Source: Podarcis melisellensis (taxonomy: Eukaryota). Taken from it: a stretch of 64,000 nucleotides of DNA. Numbering within the stretch: the stretch's first letter is position 1; each line of letters opens with the position of its first letter. Both the position numbers and the translations under genes were made by a program. Positions 40,250 through 52,538 of the stretch are shown in pieces. The stretch is from assembly GCA_964234715.1 (NCBI GenBank), contig OZ174286.1; one strand, 5' to 3'. The notes under the pieces were generated by a model. It did not search any database. It was not told the DNA's origin and was given only the letters and a program-made list of their open reading frames with translations.

Positions 40250-40719
40250 CAGTGGTACCTCGGGTTACAGACGCTTCAGGTTACAGGCTCCACTAACCCA
40301 GAAATACTGCTTCAGGTTAAGAACTTTGCTTCAGGATGAGAAGAGAAATCGTGCTCCGGCGGTGCGGTGGCAGCAGGAGGCCCCATTAGCTAAAGTGGTG
40401 CTTCAGGTTAAGAACGGACCTCTGGAACGAATTACCGTATTTTTTGCTCTATAAGACTCACCTTTTCCCTCCTGAAAAGTAAGGGGAAATGTGTGTGCGT
40501 CTTCTGGAGCGAATGTAGGCTGTGCAGCTATCCCAGAAGCCAGAACAGCAAGAGGGATTGCTGCTTTCACTGCGCAGCAATCCCTCTTGCTGTTCTGGCT
40601 TCTGAGACTCAGAATTTTTTTTTTCTTGTTTTCCTCCTCCAAAAACTAGGTGTGTCTTGTGGTCTGGTGCGTCTTATAGAGCGGAAAATACGGTAAGTAC
40701 TTAACCTGAGGTACCACTG
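40250..40719. mobile_element. Family C MITE containing a nested MITE
   Basis: TA|CAGTGGTACCTC...GAGGTACCACTG|TA, interrupted at an internal TA. Confidence 0.88.
40435..40693. mobile_element. pogo/Tigger-like MITE (family E)
   Basis: TA|CCGTATTTTT(T)GCTCTATAAGAC...GTCTTATAGAGCGGAAAATACGG|TA; relative at 52539-52707. Confidence 0.85.
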
Positions 40720-43056
40720 TACTCAGATATGCAATATAGATCATACATTCTCGGGCTGGGGGGGCAGGTTCAGCTTTGAAGCTGCGCTTTAAAACATCAC
40801 AGCAACAGCTAGTCCAAATTGGGGATGGACAGATTTCCAGTCCCATCTCCCTTTCACACGTTTTTACCCATAATTCTGTTCCTACCTTAATCCAGTAAAT
40901 TTTGTTTCTAAACATTAAGGCCCCAAATAATGCATTTAAATGTGTTTTCTCCCCAACTATGCATTAAATCTGTATTTTTATACACTGCTGAAAAGTGCAT
41001 CCCAACAACTGGACAGATGTAAAATCAGTTGGGTAGGTTTGTTTCAAGTTGCAGATTAGCCAGAGGCACCTGTATTCCAAAGACAGACAATATTAGAATT
41101 GAGAGAACAGTGATCTGACTCAGTTAAGGCAACTTCATTTATTCATTTCATATAAATAGCTACATGTCTCCAAAACAACGCAATAAAAAAAATTCCATAC
41201 AAAATCATTTATAATGAAGTTAGCATATTAAATATTTTATCCAGTGTAATACAGTGAGGCAGTAATGTAGTTTTATGCAGCATATTAAAGCATTAAAAAG
41301 TTGTTTAGTTAAAAATGTACACACGTTTTAGCTCTTGCACCATTCAGATAAGAACAGTGTTTTCACTTCCAATTAATTTCAAAGCAACAACTCTTTTATG
41401 CCTTCAGTAGTAAAAAATGAGCCAATATTAACCTAGCTTACACCCAGAAGACAGACTGAAGAATAAACCAGGCTTTTGCCAGAACTCTTCATTTTGCTAA
41501 ATTTGACCTAAGAAAATGGGGCTCTGCATTTTTATATTAAACTTGTCAGTTACCTTAGAAAATGTTTGCAACACCAACCCTTTTGCAGAAAAAAAGCTCT
41601 GAGGCAAGGATGCAGGGTTCATTAATCAAAGGAAGGGCAACTATGAGATTTCCAGTCTGTTCAAGCGCAATGGAACAGTTTGAAAGACCCAGACAACTGA
41701 TGCTTAGAAAAACCTCCAAAATCCTGTACTATGACTGCCAACACCTTGTTGTCCCATCCAAGGATTAGGTCAAGAGTTTAACCTGCCTCCGTAGAGGTCG
41801 GGACTGGTGAATCTGCGGCCCTCCAGATCCCTCCAACAACACTGAGGGCCATAGATTTGCCAGTCCAGGTGTAGATTCCGGAAGTCCTGTTCTATTTGTG
41901 TGTCTGAGCGCAAAAACCCAAATGAAAGAAGCAGTGATGTCACTGGAAAAATTGGGTGTATGTTCACTCTCCCTTGCATGAGAAATACAGGCAGTGTGTA
42001 TGTGTGTAACTACAGCTCTCGGTTGTTGTAACTTGCCAACGCTACACTTTGAGCTGCATTTTCCAGTGGATATCTGGGTGCGGAAATCCACGAAATGATC
42101 TTCCCTTTACACTGGAAAAGCGGTAGTCGGGTAAAAGGTAAGTTAGCAGCTTTGAATAAATGGAATGTGTGGTGGAACATTTTCTGCCCTGCTTTTAGTG
42201 GGAGAAAGGCAGAGAGGAGAGTCATTGCAAATTCAAGGGCATCATCGTCACAGTCCAAATGGTATGGTAGGAGCTGGACTAACCAGCTGGGTTGCATTGC
42301 TCATCTGAACTCCTGGTTGAGTGAGCTTGAATTGCCATTATTGTGCTAATGGTGATCCAGAGATCACTGCCTGCTCACCAGAATGTTTGGATTATCAGCA
42401 GACCGTTGCTGAAACAAGTAAGACTTTGACCTTCCTTCAAATATTTCAATTTCAGCGTGGCTGCCAAAATTTTGCAAAGCCCAAATAAAGTGATTGCACC
42501 ACAAGCAATGCATTAACTAAAATAACCTCCAGTATGTTTTAGCAGTACACAAGACTGTCTTTTGCAAGATGCTCCATGAATCGTAAACAAACAAGGAAAT
42601 AATAAACGGTGGTAATTTGACATGAAAGGTTAAAGCGCTTGGTTAAAAAATTGCACTGGCCCAAACAAGATTGGTTCTGGCAAATTCCTGGTTTTGGTGA
42701 CCTTCAAAACACCTTTGTTTCTGGCCCCAGCAGGACCAGAATTAACCTCTTGCCTCCAAAATGGTAAGCCCTCTTGTCCAGGAATAGAAAGTTGCATTTT
42801 GCATGAGGATGAGACACAAGGAACGGGAGTATTGCACCTGGAATCAAGTTGACTTCCTTCTGTCTGCAGCCTTCTCTTCAATGTCAAAGAACCATTCTTT
42901 TTCAAATGTCAATTTCAAAGAAATTGTGTCTTAAAAACCAAACATCCTTCCCATAGGAAAGACATGCCAAAAAATGGAAAACCCAGCAGCGACAATTTCA
43001 AGTTCCTTCTCTTTTCAGCATTCTTTGTTAGGACAATGAATGCTGCTGTGCAACTC

Positions 43057-43125
43057 TCAGGAATTGTGTAGGACCTGCCAACTTGGACGGAGTCTTATTT
43101 CCTTCTGGATGAATTTATAACACGA
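43057..43125 (-). CDS. ALS2CL: ALS2CL last coding exon
   Basis: SCYKFIQKEIRLRPSWQVLHNS*; long polypyrimidine acceptor ending ctccag; TGA at 43059-43057. Confidence 0.9.
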   Translation of the reverse strand, partial: SCYKFIQKEIRLRPSWQVLHNS

Positions 43126-43568
43126 CTGGAGATGGGAAAAAGAAGAGAAACCTTGAGATGGAGACTGGCACTCATTTGTAAGATTAAGATCATCCTAGAT
43201 ACACCAGAAATCTTTTGTGGCACCCATGGCAGAGACTCTCGGTGCTATGAAACCTCTCTTGGTTCTGTGGTATACTTCTCTGAACTCCTGCCTGCTCTCT
43301 GGGGTACCTCAGTTGGCAGAACAAGGGACTTAATCTGAAGGTCATGGGTTTGAGCCCCAGAATCAGCAAAAGATTGGACTAGATGACACTTGTGCTCCCT
43401 TCCAACTATTCTATGATTCTAGCAATTATAGGAGTGGACCATTGCATTCATGTTTCGCTAGTGGAAGCCCCTGGGTGGCCAGTTTAGGAAATAATGTTAT
43501 TGATTTTCCATCAATCTGATTCGACTGTTTTATCCACTGTCGCAGGCTACTCTCATTTTTGTCCTTAC

Positions 43569-43665
43569 CTCGAGTGCTGTCAGCAGGAAGTCGTACATGC
43601 CTCCTTCATTTGTCGGGTCCATCAGATCTCTGATCAGGTGGATTTCTGCTCCTAAATGTTGTATA
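43569..43665 (-). CDS. ALS2CL: ALS2CL exon (VPS9 domain)
   Basis: IQHLGAEIHLIRDLMDPTNEGGMYDFLLTALE; acceptor aaaccag, donor gtaagg. Confidence 0.95.
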
Positions 43666-43952
43666 CTGGTTTGTGGAGGGGAAGGCGAGATTATTCTGTT
43701 AGAACAGCAAAGTCTTATGACATTTTAAAGACATCCTAAAGCTTTCATGGGCCAGTGTCCATTTTGTCAGATGTAAAAAGGCATTATCCTCATTTGTACA
43801 TACAGTGGTATAGATGCGGGCAAAAAGTATTAGTTAGTGAGGTCAAAGCCAACCTCGCCCCCTAAAAACAACAACAAAAAGCAGACTGGTAATTAGGTTA
43901 AATGTGCCAAGGATAAAACATCCCAGCATTGTTAACCTAATTAATACCTGTA

Positions 43953-44293
43953 AAAAAGGGTAAAGGGCCCCCTGACCATTAGGTCCAGTTGTGACTGACT
44001 CGGGTTGCGGCGCTCATCTCGCTTTATTGGCCGAGGGAGCCGGCGTACAGCTTCCGGGTCATGTGGCCAGCATGACTAAGCCGCTTCTGGCGAACCAGAG
44101 CAGTGCACGGAAACACCGTTTACCTTCCCATTAGAGCGGTACCTATTTATCTACTTGCACTTTGATGTGCTTTCTATCTGCTAGGTTGGCAGGAGCAGGG
44201 ACCGAGCAACGGGAGCTCGCCCCATCGCAGGCATTCAAACTGCTGACCTTCTGATCGGCAAGTCCTAGGCTCTATGGTTTAACCCACAGCGCC
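43953..44293 (-). mobile_element. Sauria SINE
   Basis: Same body as 921-1276; TSD ATACCTGTA at 43944-43952 and 44294-44302. Confidence 0.92.
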
Positions 44294-44362
44294 ATACCTG
44301 TAGTGGAGTTCAAACCCATTATCTTGGTTTAGGCCAGGATTAAACGTCTTGACAAGTTACTA

Positions 44363-44614
44363 CAGTGGATGCTCGGGTTGCAAACGTGATCTGTGCGGGT
44401 TGCACATTCGCAACCTGCAGCATTCGTGACACGCGTCTGCGCATGCACGGGTTGCGATTCAGTGCTTCTGCGCATGCGCAAAGCGCAATTTAGTGCTTCT
44501 GCATATGCGCGACCACCGAAACCCAGAAGTAACCCGTTCCAGTACTTCTGAGTTTCAGTGGTCCGCAACCCAAAAAAACGCAACCTGAAGCGGCTGTAAC
44601 CTGAGGTGTGACTG
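44363..44614. mobile_element. Tc1/mariner-type MITE (family D)
   Basis: TA|CAGTGG...GACTG|TA with repeated TGCGCATGCG units. Confidence 0.8.
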
Positions 44615-45570
44615 TATTTGGTTAGGGTGACCAAAAGCACGAGGAATCCTGCGTCTTTAATAGTTGCACAGAAGCCATAATTCTAGCAAGTATATATAGC
44701 TTGCATTAACAGCCTCTCTTGGTTGCGTATAGTCACCATAAATTCAGGGGTATAACACTGATGCCAGAGAAAACAGCTGCGTTGAAGGGCTTCTTGGTAG
44801 AGGTCTTTGTTTGTGTATGTATACAGACTCCAGTCAGCAGGCCAAATCCTGAGCAACAGCAGTACTTGTGCGCCACATGGATAGGCAGATGGGGCCACAT
44901 ACCTGTCAATCACCTGGTGTCACCATGACATCAGGTGACCCAAGTTCAAAAGAAACTTGAGCGCAGCCTACGTTAGCTCTGAAGTTGTTGTTTTTTCTTT
45001 CTCTCGTTCTTCCTATGAATGTGCAGCTTCAAAATGTGTCAGCGCGCTTTGTAGCCTGACTTGAACTCAGTTCTCTGCACTTTAAGCACATCTTGAAATC
45101 TGATCAACTGAAAGCCCACTTTCAGCAGGGATTGACTGCGCAGATCTCAGCGGGACTAGCTGTCAGCACTGGTTAGTGCTGAGACAGGGAGCCCCACTGT
45201 TAAGCAAGAACCAGCTCCACTTGGCAGCTCTTGTAACCAATCCCAGAAGGGCTTGCATTTGCTGCCAAATTTAAAAGGTACCACATGCAAGCCCCACTTG
45301 CCAAGAAACAAATCAGGAAAATGCTTTGCGGGTACAAACCATACTTTTAAAGGACCCTGCCCCCAAATAATAATAATAATAATAACAATAATAATAATAA
45401 TGGAAACTGTACTTTGTTAATAGTGTCAGATTAGTAGCTCTGAATGATAAGTTACAGTTCCCAGAGTTCTTGAGGGGAGGGGTGTGTTTTAACCCTGATT
45501 ATTGATTATTGTAGCTCGCTCTACGCAGGGCTGCCCTTGAAGCTGAACCAGAAACTCCAGCGGGTACAGA

Positions 45571-46414
45571 ATAATAATAATGATGATGATTTATTATTTA
45601 TACCCCGCCCATCCGGCTGGGTTTCCCCAGCCACTCTGGGCGGCTTCCAACAAAATATTAAAATACAGTAATGCATCAAACATTAAAATCTTCCCTAAAC
45701 AGGGCTGCCTTCAGATGCCTTCTAAAAGTCTGGTAGTTGTTGTTCTCATTGACATCTGGTGGGAGGGCGTTCCACAGGGCAGGTGCCACCACCGAGAAGG
45801 CCCTCTGCCTGGTTCCCTGTAACCTCATTTCTTGCAAGGAAGGAACCGCCAGAAGGCCCTCAGCACTGAACGATTGGGGTGGAGACGCTCCTTCAGGTAT
45901 ACAGGACTGAGGCCGTTTAGGGCTTTAAAGGTCAGCACCAACACTTTGAATTGTGCTCGGAAACGTACTGGGAGCCTATGTAGGTCTTTCAAGACCAGTG
46001 TTATGTGGTCTTGGCGGCCGCTCCCAGTCACCAGTCTGGCTGCCGTATTCTGGATTAGTTGTAGTTTCTGGGTCACCTTCAAAGGTAGCCCAGCATGGAG
46101 TGCATTGCAGTAGTCCAAGCGGGAAATAACTAGAGCATGCACCACTCTGGCGAGACAGTCTGTGGGCAGGTAGGGTCTCATCCTGCGTACCAGATGGAGC
46201 TGGTAAACAGCTGCCCTGGACACAGAACTGACCTGCGCCTCCATGGACAGCTGTGAGTCCAAAATGACTCCCAGGCTGCATACCTGGTCCTTCAGAGGCA
46301 CAGTGACCCCATTCAGGACCAGGGAGTCCCCCACACCTTCCCCCCTGTCTCCCCAAAAACAGTACTTCTGTCTTGTCTGGATTCAATCTCAATCTGTTAG
46401 CCGCCATCCATCCT
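45571..46414 (-). mobile_element. L2-clade LINE, 5'-truncated and frameshifted
   Basis: WMAANRLRLNPDKTEVL, LGVILDSQLSM, LVISRLDYCNAL and LQLIQNTAARLVTG motifs; (ATT)n-type tail. Confidence 0.9.
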
Positions 46415-46864
46415 CTTGAGCTACAGGGGAGGCAATTTCAAAAGAGCTTGCACACCAATGTTCTGGATCCCTTCCTCCTGCCTTAGGGGCGGGGGGGGGG
46501 TGAGCACCCTATTGCAACAGATTAATAAATATCAGGCTTACTAGCTGCTTTGCTTCTCAATATTCTCTGGTTGGCCTCTGTTATTTTTCTCTTACCAATA
46601 GAGAACCCACATAAGGACTCTATATGGGCTCTTGGGCACCCCATAAGGGAAAAGGAGCAGGTTTTTTTTCTTATAACACCCCCACCCCCAGCTGGGAAAA
46701 ACCAGAAGAAACTTATGATGCTAAGCTCCAAAACAAACCAGCAACAACGGAACAGTTCCAGAGCTATTTATACTCCAATCTGCAGACACGGAAATGGACC
46801 CTCCTGAGGACCTGATCCAGCCACATTGGAAAGGATGAGCAAGAAGGAGACCAGCTTTCCTTAC

Positions 46865-47014
46865 CTTGCCCGTGTCACAACATACATCAGCAGCGGCAAG
46901 AGGTCGTCCATTGGCAGGCTATATTCCTTTTCCAGCACCCGGTTCACTGTCTTCTCAATTTCCTCATATGTCTTTTGCAGGATGTCCAGTTTTTCCCGCG
47001 GGTCAACAGTAGTG
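46865..47014 (-). CDS. ALS2CL: ALS2CL exon (VPS9 domain)
   Basis: TTVDPREKLDILQKTYEEIEKTVNRVLEKEYSLPMDDLLPLLMYVVTRA contains the VPS9 DDLLP motif; acceptor ttttgcag, donor gtaagg. Confidence 0.96.
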
Positions 47015-47473
47015 CTGCAAAAAGGTGAAGATCTGGTGAGTATCAACGTAAGCCCTAAAACACTCAAACCAGAAAGCATATGAAAATCCTTGGGGAGGAG
47101 AGCATGGGCTTAGACCTCGATTTGGATAGGGCCTATGATCCAGTGCCTTGGGAATCTCTGCTTTCCTTTTGGTGAATGAGCAAGTTGCTAGTCCCTATGG
47201 AGGAAGGGGGAACTTTTGTCAACCTGCAGTCATGCTGGGCAGGCTGGAGGGCAATAGGGTTGGGGGCGGCTGAGTTAAGAGAGTCAGACCAAAGCTCATG
47301 GCCCAACTCAGCTCATAGGAAGTTACTATTTTTCAACCGAACCCACCTCACAGGGTTGTTGTGAGAATAAGGAGGTGCAGAACCATGCAAGCTGCCTCCA
47401 ACACCATAGAAGGAGGAAAAATAAAAATAAAATTGGTTAAAGCTGACCAAAAGTCCAGAGGTACCATTATTAT

Positions 47474-48019
47474 TACTGCAGTCACGAAATTAAAAGGCCT
47501 GCTTCTTGGGAGAAAAGCAATGACAAACCTAGACAGCATCTTAAAAAGCAGAGACATCACCTTGCCAACAAAGGTCCGTATAGTTCAAGCTATGGTTTTC
47601 CCAGTAGTGATGTATGGAAGTGAGAGCTGGACCATAAAGAAGGCTGATCGCCAAAGAATCGATGCTTTTGAATGATGGTGCTGGAGGAGACTCTTGAGAG
47701 TCCCATGGACTGCAAGAAGATCAAACCTCTCCATTCTGAAGGAAATCAGCCCTGAGTGCTCACTGGAAGGACAGATCCTGAAGCTGAGGCTCCAATACTT
47801 TGGCCACCTCATGAGAAGAGAAGACTCCCTGGAAAAGACCCTGATGTTGGGAAAGATGGAGGGCACAGGGAGAAGGGGACGACAGAGGACGAGATGGTGG
47901 GACAGTGTTCTCGAAGCTACCAGCATGAGTTTGACCAAACTGCAGGAGGCAGTGCCTGGCCTGCTCTGGTCCATGGGGTCATGAAGAGTCGGACATGACT
48001 AAACAACTAAACAACCACC
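47474..48019 (+). mobile_element. BovB LINE, 5'-truncated
   Basis: LKSRDITLPTKVRIV..MVFPVVMYGSESWTIKKAD and LKLRLQYFGHLMRR motifs; TSD ACCATTATTAT at 47463-47473 and 48020-48030. Confidence 0.93.
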
Positions 48020-48518
48020 ACCATTATTATCAATTTATGATGATGGGGTGGAAGGTTCGCAGGCTATGAAGGACTTGCTCACAAATTTATTGACAGCTGC
48101 ACAAATTATGATAGCTAGGAAGTGGAAGGGGCAAGCAGAATATAAAATGGAAGAATGGTATAAAGAGGTGTGAGATGTCGCTCTTAATGTTAAATTAACA
48201 TGTGCCATTACAGTAAGATGGGGAATATGCAGGAGAAATGATTTTGAAGCGATACGGAAGGTGTTTGCAGAATGTGTGCTGTTAAAACGGAAAGGGGTCA
48301 AACCATCGCAAGAGGTTCTGAAATTTTGGGAGGTTGGATAGTTAGAATAAAATGGTCTCGGTGATGGGGCACACATTTTTATTCCTATTCATTTATGATT
48401 ATTACTTTGTCAGAGAATGGAAGAAAGAAAATGTCAAGGGGAAAAAAGAGGAAAAAAGAAAACAAATTTATGCTGTTAACTGTTTCTCCACTTAAAAAAT
48501 AAATGGGTGGCAACTTAC

Positions 48519-48580
48519 ATCAGCTTCTGTAGACATTCAGTAGCAGAAAGAAAGCAGCGGTCTTTGACCAGGGATCGTCT
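48519..48580 (-). CDS. ALS2CL: ALS2CL exon (start of VPS9 region)
   Basis: RRSLVKDRCFLSATECLQKLI; acceptor tattttag, donor gtaagt. Confidence 0.92.
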
Positions 48581-48837
48581 CTAAAATATACACACACACA
48601 TATATAGAATGATTGTTGTTCCTATTTATTTATTATCCACTTGCACTTGAGACCTTGTGCTTGAAAAGCAGATGTTCTGCTCTACAGCTGTGGTCCCTTC
48701 CCACGCTTGGAAGTAAGGAAGCTTCGTTATGCTGAGTCCAGAACATTAGTCCATCTAGCTCAGTATTGCTTCAGACAGAATGTCTCCCTGCCCCACCCAG
48801 AGATGCCATTGAGGACTGAGCTTGGGACCTTCTACGT

Positions 48838-48973
48838 CAGGCATAGGCAAACTCGGCCCTCCAGATGTTTTTGGACTACAACTCCCATCATACCTAGCTA
48901 ACAGGACCAGTGGCCAGGGATGATGGGAGTTGTAGTCTCAAAACATCTGGAGGGCCGAGTTTGCCTGTCCCTG
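48838..48973. mobile_element. Palindromic hAT-type MITE (URR1-like)
   Basis: CAGGCATAGGCAAACTCGGCCCTCCAGATGTT...AACATCTGGAGGGCCGAGTTTGCCTGTCCCTG; degenerate 8-bp TSD TTCTACGT/TACTATGT. Older relatives near 25900-26020, 38150-38280 and 59680-59800. Confidence 0.8.
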
Positions 48974-49130
48974 TACTATGTGCAAAAGATGTGTATTACT
49001 AGGAAATTGAAAAGCTCCTTTGTACCACCAGACCCTCTAAGTTATCTATATTAACTGGCTGCAGCTCAAGAAACCACAGAATTGAATTCCAAATATCACT
49101 GAATTTGTCAATAACAACAGCAGCAGCAGC

Positions 49131-49277
49131 CAGAGTTTTTTTCTAAAAAAATGTTTAGGGGTACTCTCATTTTCCTACACATATCGAAAAACTGCCCCTC
49201 AATGAAGCCAAACGTAGATTCACAAAATGCTTAGGGGTATGCGCCCCCCCCCGGTGTCCCCCCAGAAAAAAGCACTG
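49131..49277. mobile_element. Short TIR element, probably hAT-type
   Basis: CAGAGTTTTTTTCT...AGAAAAAAGCACTG imperfect terminal inverted repeats. Confidence 0.5.
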
Positions 49278-49710
49278 ATGATGATGATAATAACAACAAT
49301 AATAATTGATTTATTATTTGTACCCCGTCCATCTGGTTGGGTTTGCTGTTTTAGGGGTTGTTTTTAAAAGTCTGGAATGGATTAATCCATTTTGCATTAC
49401 ATTCTATGGGAAAGCTCGCCTTGGTTTTGGAACACTTTGGTTTCGGAACAGACTTCCGGAATGGATTAAGTTTGAGAACCATGGTACCACTGTGTGTGTG
49501 TGTGTGTGTGTGACCACAGAATTGACCCTGGTTCCTTCTCCCTTCAAGGCAGCTCCTTCTCCATTGAGCCACGCCTGTGCTACTCAAATGAGTTTTACAC
49601 GAGGGATCTGTTTCTATATTTTTTCAAGGCATCCTCTCGCTGTCTCCTGCAGCGGTCCAATCCCACCTTACTGCGTACGCGAACCAGAAGAGAACCGAGG
49701 GTGGGCTTAC

Positions 49711-49753
49711 CTGGTTACTTGTGAGTGTCAGATCTTTGAGGGGCCACAAATAT
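49711..49753 (-). CDS. ALS2CL: ALS2CL small exon (43 nt)
   Basis: YLWPLKDLTLTSNQ; acceptor ttgtttcag, donor gtaagc. Confidence 0.92.
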
Positions 49754-50019
49754 CTGAAACAAGAAGAGGTCGGGGTCAAAGGGCGGAAGAGGGATTTGTG
49801 TCTGGAGCAGCAAGGCTTGCTTGTGGGCTTCCCAAAGGCATTGTGGGAAACAGGATAAGAACAAAACACAAGCCTTTTGGTATGAGCCAATAGCCCATCT
49901 AGTCCAGAATCCTGTTTTCACAGTGGCCAGCTAGATGCCTTATGGGTAACCCTGAGCATAAGAACTCCTCTCTCGCAGTTTCCAACAACTGGGACTCAAA
50001 AAAGCAATGCTGCTTCCAG

Positions 50020-50228
50020 CCGCAGATGCGCATTCTTCAACAACAACTTCGTTGGACTGGTCATGTTGTGCAGATGCCTGATAATCGTCTTCCAAAGCAA
50101 CTACTCTATTCCCAACTTAAAAATGGAAAGTGTAATGCTGGTGGTCAACAAAAGAGGTTTAAAGACTGTCTCAAGGCAAATTTAAACACCAACAATTGGG
50201 AAACACTGGCCTGCGAGCGCTCCAATTG
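50020..50228 (+). mobile_element. RTE-clade LINE 3' fragment (distinct from BovB)
   Basis: QLRWTGHVVQMPDNRLPKQLLYSQL...GGQQKRFKDCLKANL, a typical RTE ORF C-terminus. Confidence 0.8.
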
Positions 50229-50238
50229 AATAACAATA

Positions 50239-50589
50239 CAGTGATACCTTGGTTCTCAAACGCCTTGTTACTCAAACAACATGGAACCCAAACACTGCAA
50301 ACCCAGAAGTATGTGTTCCGGTTCAGCTACTGGAACCCAGTTCAGCTACTGATGGATTGATTGTGTGACTGCAGCACATTGTTTATTAATTTCATTTTAT
50401 GGATACGTGGTCTCGTTAGATAGTAGAATTCATGTTAAATTGCTGTTTTAGGGTTTGCTTTTAAAAGTCTGGAACGGATTAATCCCTTTTGCATTACTTT
50501 CTATGGGAAAGCACACCTTGGTTTTGGAACGCTTTGGTTTTGGAACAGACTTCCGGAACGGATTAAGTTTGAGAACCAAGGTACCACTG
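50239..50589. mobile_element. Tc1/mariner-type MITE (family B)
   Basis: TA|CAGTGATACCTTGGTTCTCAAAC...GTTTGAGAACCAAGGTACCACTG|TA. Confidence 0.85.
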
Positions 50590-50645
50590 TAGTGTTATCA
50601 GAAAGGGAGAAAAATAGCTGTAATAATAATAATAATAATAATAAT

Positions 50646-50869
50646 GTGGTACCTCAGGTTACATGCGCTTCAGGTTACATACGCCTCAGGTTACAGACTC
50701 CGCTAACCCAGAAATAGTGCTTCAGGTTAAGAACTTTGCTTCAGGATGAGAAAAGAAATCGTGCTCCAGCAGCAGCTGGAGGCCCCATTAGCTAAAGTGC
50801 TTCAGGTTAAGAACAGTTTTCAGAACGGACCTCCGGAACGAATTAAGTACTTAACCTAAGTTACCAATG
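50646..50869. mobile_element. Tc1/mariner-type MITE (family C)
   Basis: Reverse-orientation relative of 24361-24602; left TIR eroded by an (AAT)n run. Confidence 0.8.
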
Positions 50870-51023
50870 TAATAATATTTTCAGTGTGTGGACAATACTG
50901 AGCTAGACTGACTGAGCAAAGATATGACGGGAAAGGGCTTTAGCTCAATGGTAGAACATCTGCTTTGCATGCAGGAGATAGAAAGGGAGGGAGAGAATTT
51001 CTACAGCATCCACAACCACTCAC

Positions 51024-51197
51024 TTTTGGACCTCCAGGAATTCAAGCAGCTGAACATCAGGAAACAGGCTCAGATCCACAATCCCTTGGCAATACAGGTC
51101 ATCCTCTTTCTGGTGGTAAAGCATGTAGAGCATCGAGAGTTCTGGGTAGAAACACGGAAGGATGAGGGGCAGCACGAGGGCCGGTCCGTTGAGGTCA
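51024..51197 (-). CDS. ALS2CL: ALS2CL exon
   Basis: DLNGPALVLPLILPCFYPELSMLYMLYHQKEDDLYCQGIVDLSLFPDVQLLEFLEVQK; acceptor ctgcctcag, donor gtgagt. Confidence 0.93.
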
Positions 51198-51242
51198 CTG
51201 AGGCAGAGAAAGTGGAAAGGGAAGTTTGTACAAAGGGCTGCA

Positions 51243-51723
51243 ATCCAGAATGCGGCAGCCAGACTGGTGACTGGGAGCGGCTGCTGAGACCACATAACAC
51301 CGGTCTTGAAAGACCTATATTTGCTCCCAGTACATTTCTGAGCACAATTCAAAGTGTTGGTGCTGACCTTTCAAGCCCTAAACGGCCTCGGCCCAGTATA
51401 CCTGAAGGAGCGTCTCCACCCCCATCGTTTGGCCCGGACACTGAGGTCCAGCTCTGAGGGCCTTCTGGCGGTTCCCTCCCTGCGAGAAGCCAAGTTACAG
51501 GGAACCAGGCAGAGGGCCTTCTCGGTGGTGGCCCCCGCCCTGTGGAACACCCTCCCACCAGATGTCAAAGAGAAGAACAACTACCAGACTTTTAGAAGAC
51601 ATCTGAAGGCAGCCCTCATTAGGGAAGCTTTTAATGTTTAACAGACTACTGTATTTTAACACTCTTTTGAAAGCCGCCCAGAGTGGCTGGGGAAACCCAG
51701 CCAGATGGGTGGGGTATAAGTAA

Positions 51724-51771
<48 letters not shown>
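51243..51771 (+). mobile_element. L2-clade LINE 3' fragment
   Basis: IQNAAARLVTG...FKVLVLTFQALNGLGPVYLKERL...RAFSVVAPALWNTLP...FRRHLK and a long (ATT)n tail. Confidence 0.9.
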
Positions 51772-52094
51772 TGCAAAGGACCTTGTGCTCAGCGCTTGCT
51801 TTTCACAAACCGGCCTTGGGAAACAGAGCAGCGTGAAAAGGATTTTTTTAAAAAAAAAATGCAGAGTGTCTATTTGGTAAAATTTAGACACCGCTTGAAA
51901 CCTCAAATTGGATTAATGCATTCTAATCAAGTAGCTGGGTCAGAATGGAGCCAACCGTTGAGGGTAGGTTAGTGGGAGAGGGTCTTTTCCTGTAGGATCA
52001 TAGGGGCAGGGACCTGTTTTTGATCAGAATCCCCTGTTGCTAAGCACACCGTGGCTTTGATGGAGCTCTAGAAGGAAAATAAAGTAGAATCTAA

Positions 52095-52452
52095 AAAGGT
52101 AAAGAACCCCTGACAGTTAATTCCAGTCGCAAACGACTCTGGGGTTGCGGCGCTCATCTCGCTTTACTGGCCAAGGGAGCTAGCGTTTGTCAGAGTTTTT
52201 CTGAGTCATGTGGCCAGCATGACTAAGCCGCTTCTGGCGAATCAGAGCAGCGCACGGAAATGCCGTTTACCTTCCCGCCAGAGCAGTACCTATTTATCTA
52301 CTTGCACTGGCGTGCTTTCGAACTGCTAGGTTGGCAGGAGCTGGGACCGAGCAACGGGAGCTCACCCCATTGCGGGGATTTGAATCGCCGATCTTCTGAT
52401 CGGCAAGCCCGAGAGGCTCAGTGGTTTAGACCACAGCGCCACCCAGCTCCCC
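52095..52452 (-). mobile_element. Sauria SINE (different subfamily)
   Basis: SINE body with variant tail region; TSD AAAGTAGAATCTAA at 52081-52094 and 52453-52466. Confidence 0.9.
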
Positions 52453-52538
52453 AAAGTAGAATCTAATTGCAAATAAATAAATAGATTGCAATGCACTTTA
52501 AAATAGGACTCGGATGTCACTCATAATGGTGATAATTA

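Noticed and set aside
42010-42297. 95-aa minus-strand ORF downstream of ALS2CL
   Set aside because: In-frame stops just upstream, no recognisable domain; most likely 3'UTR.
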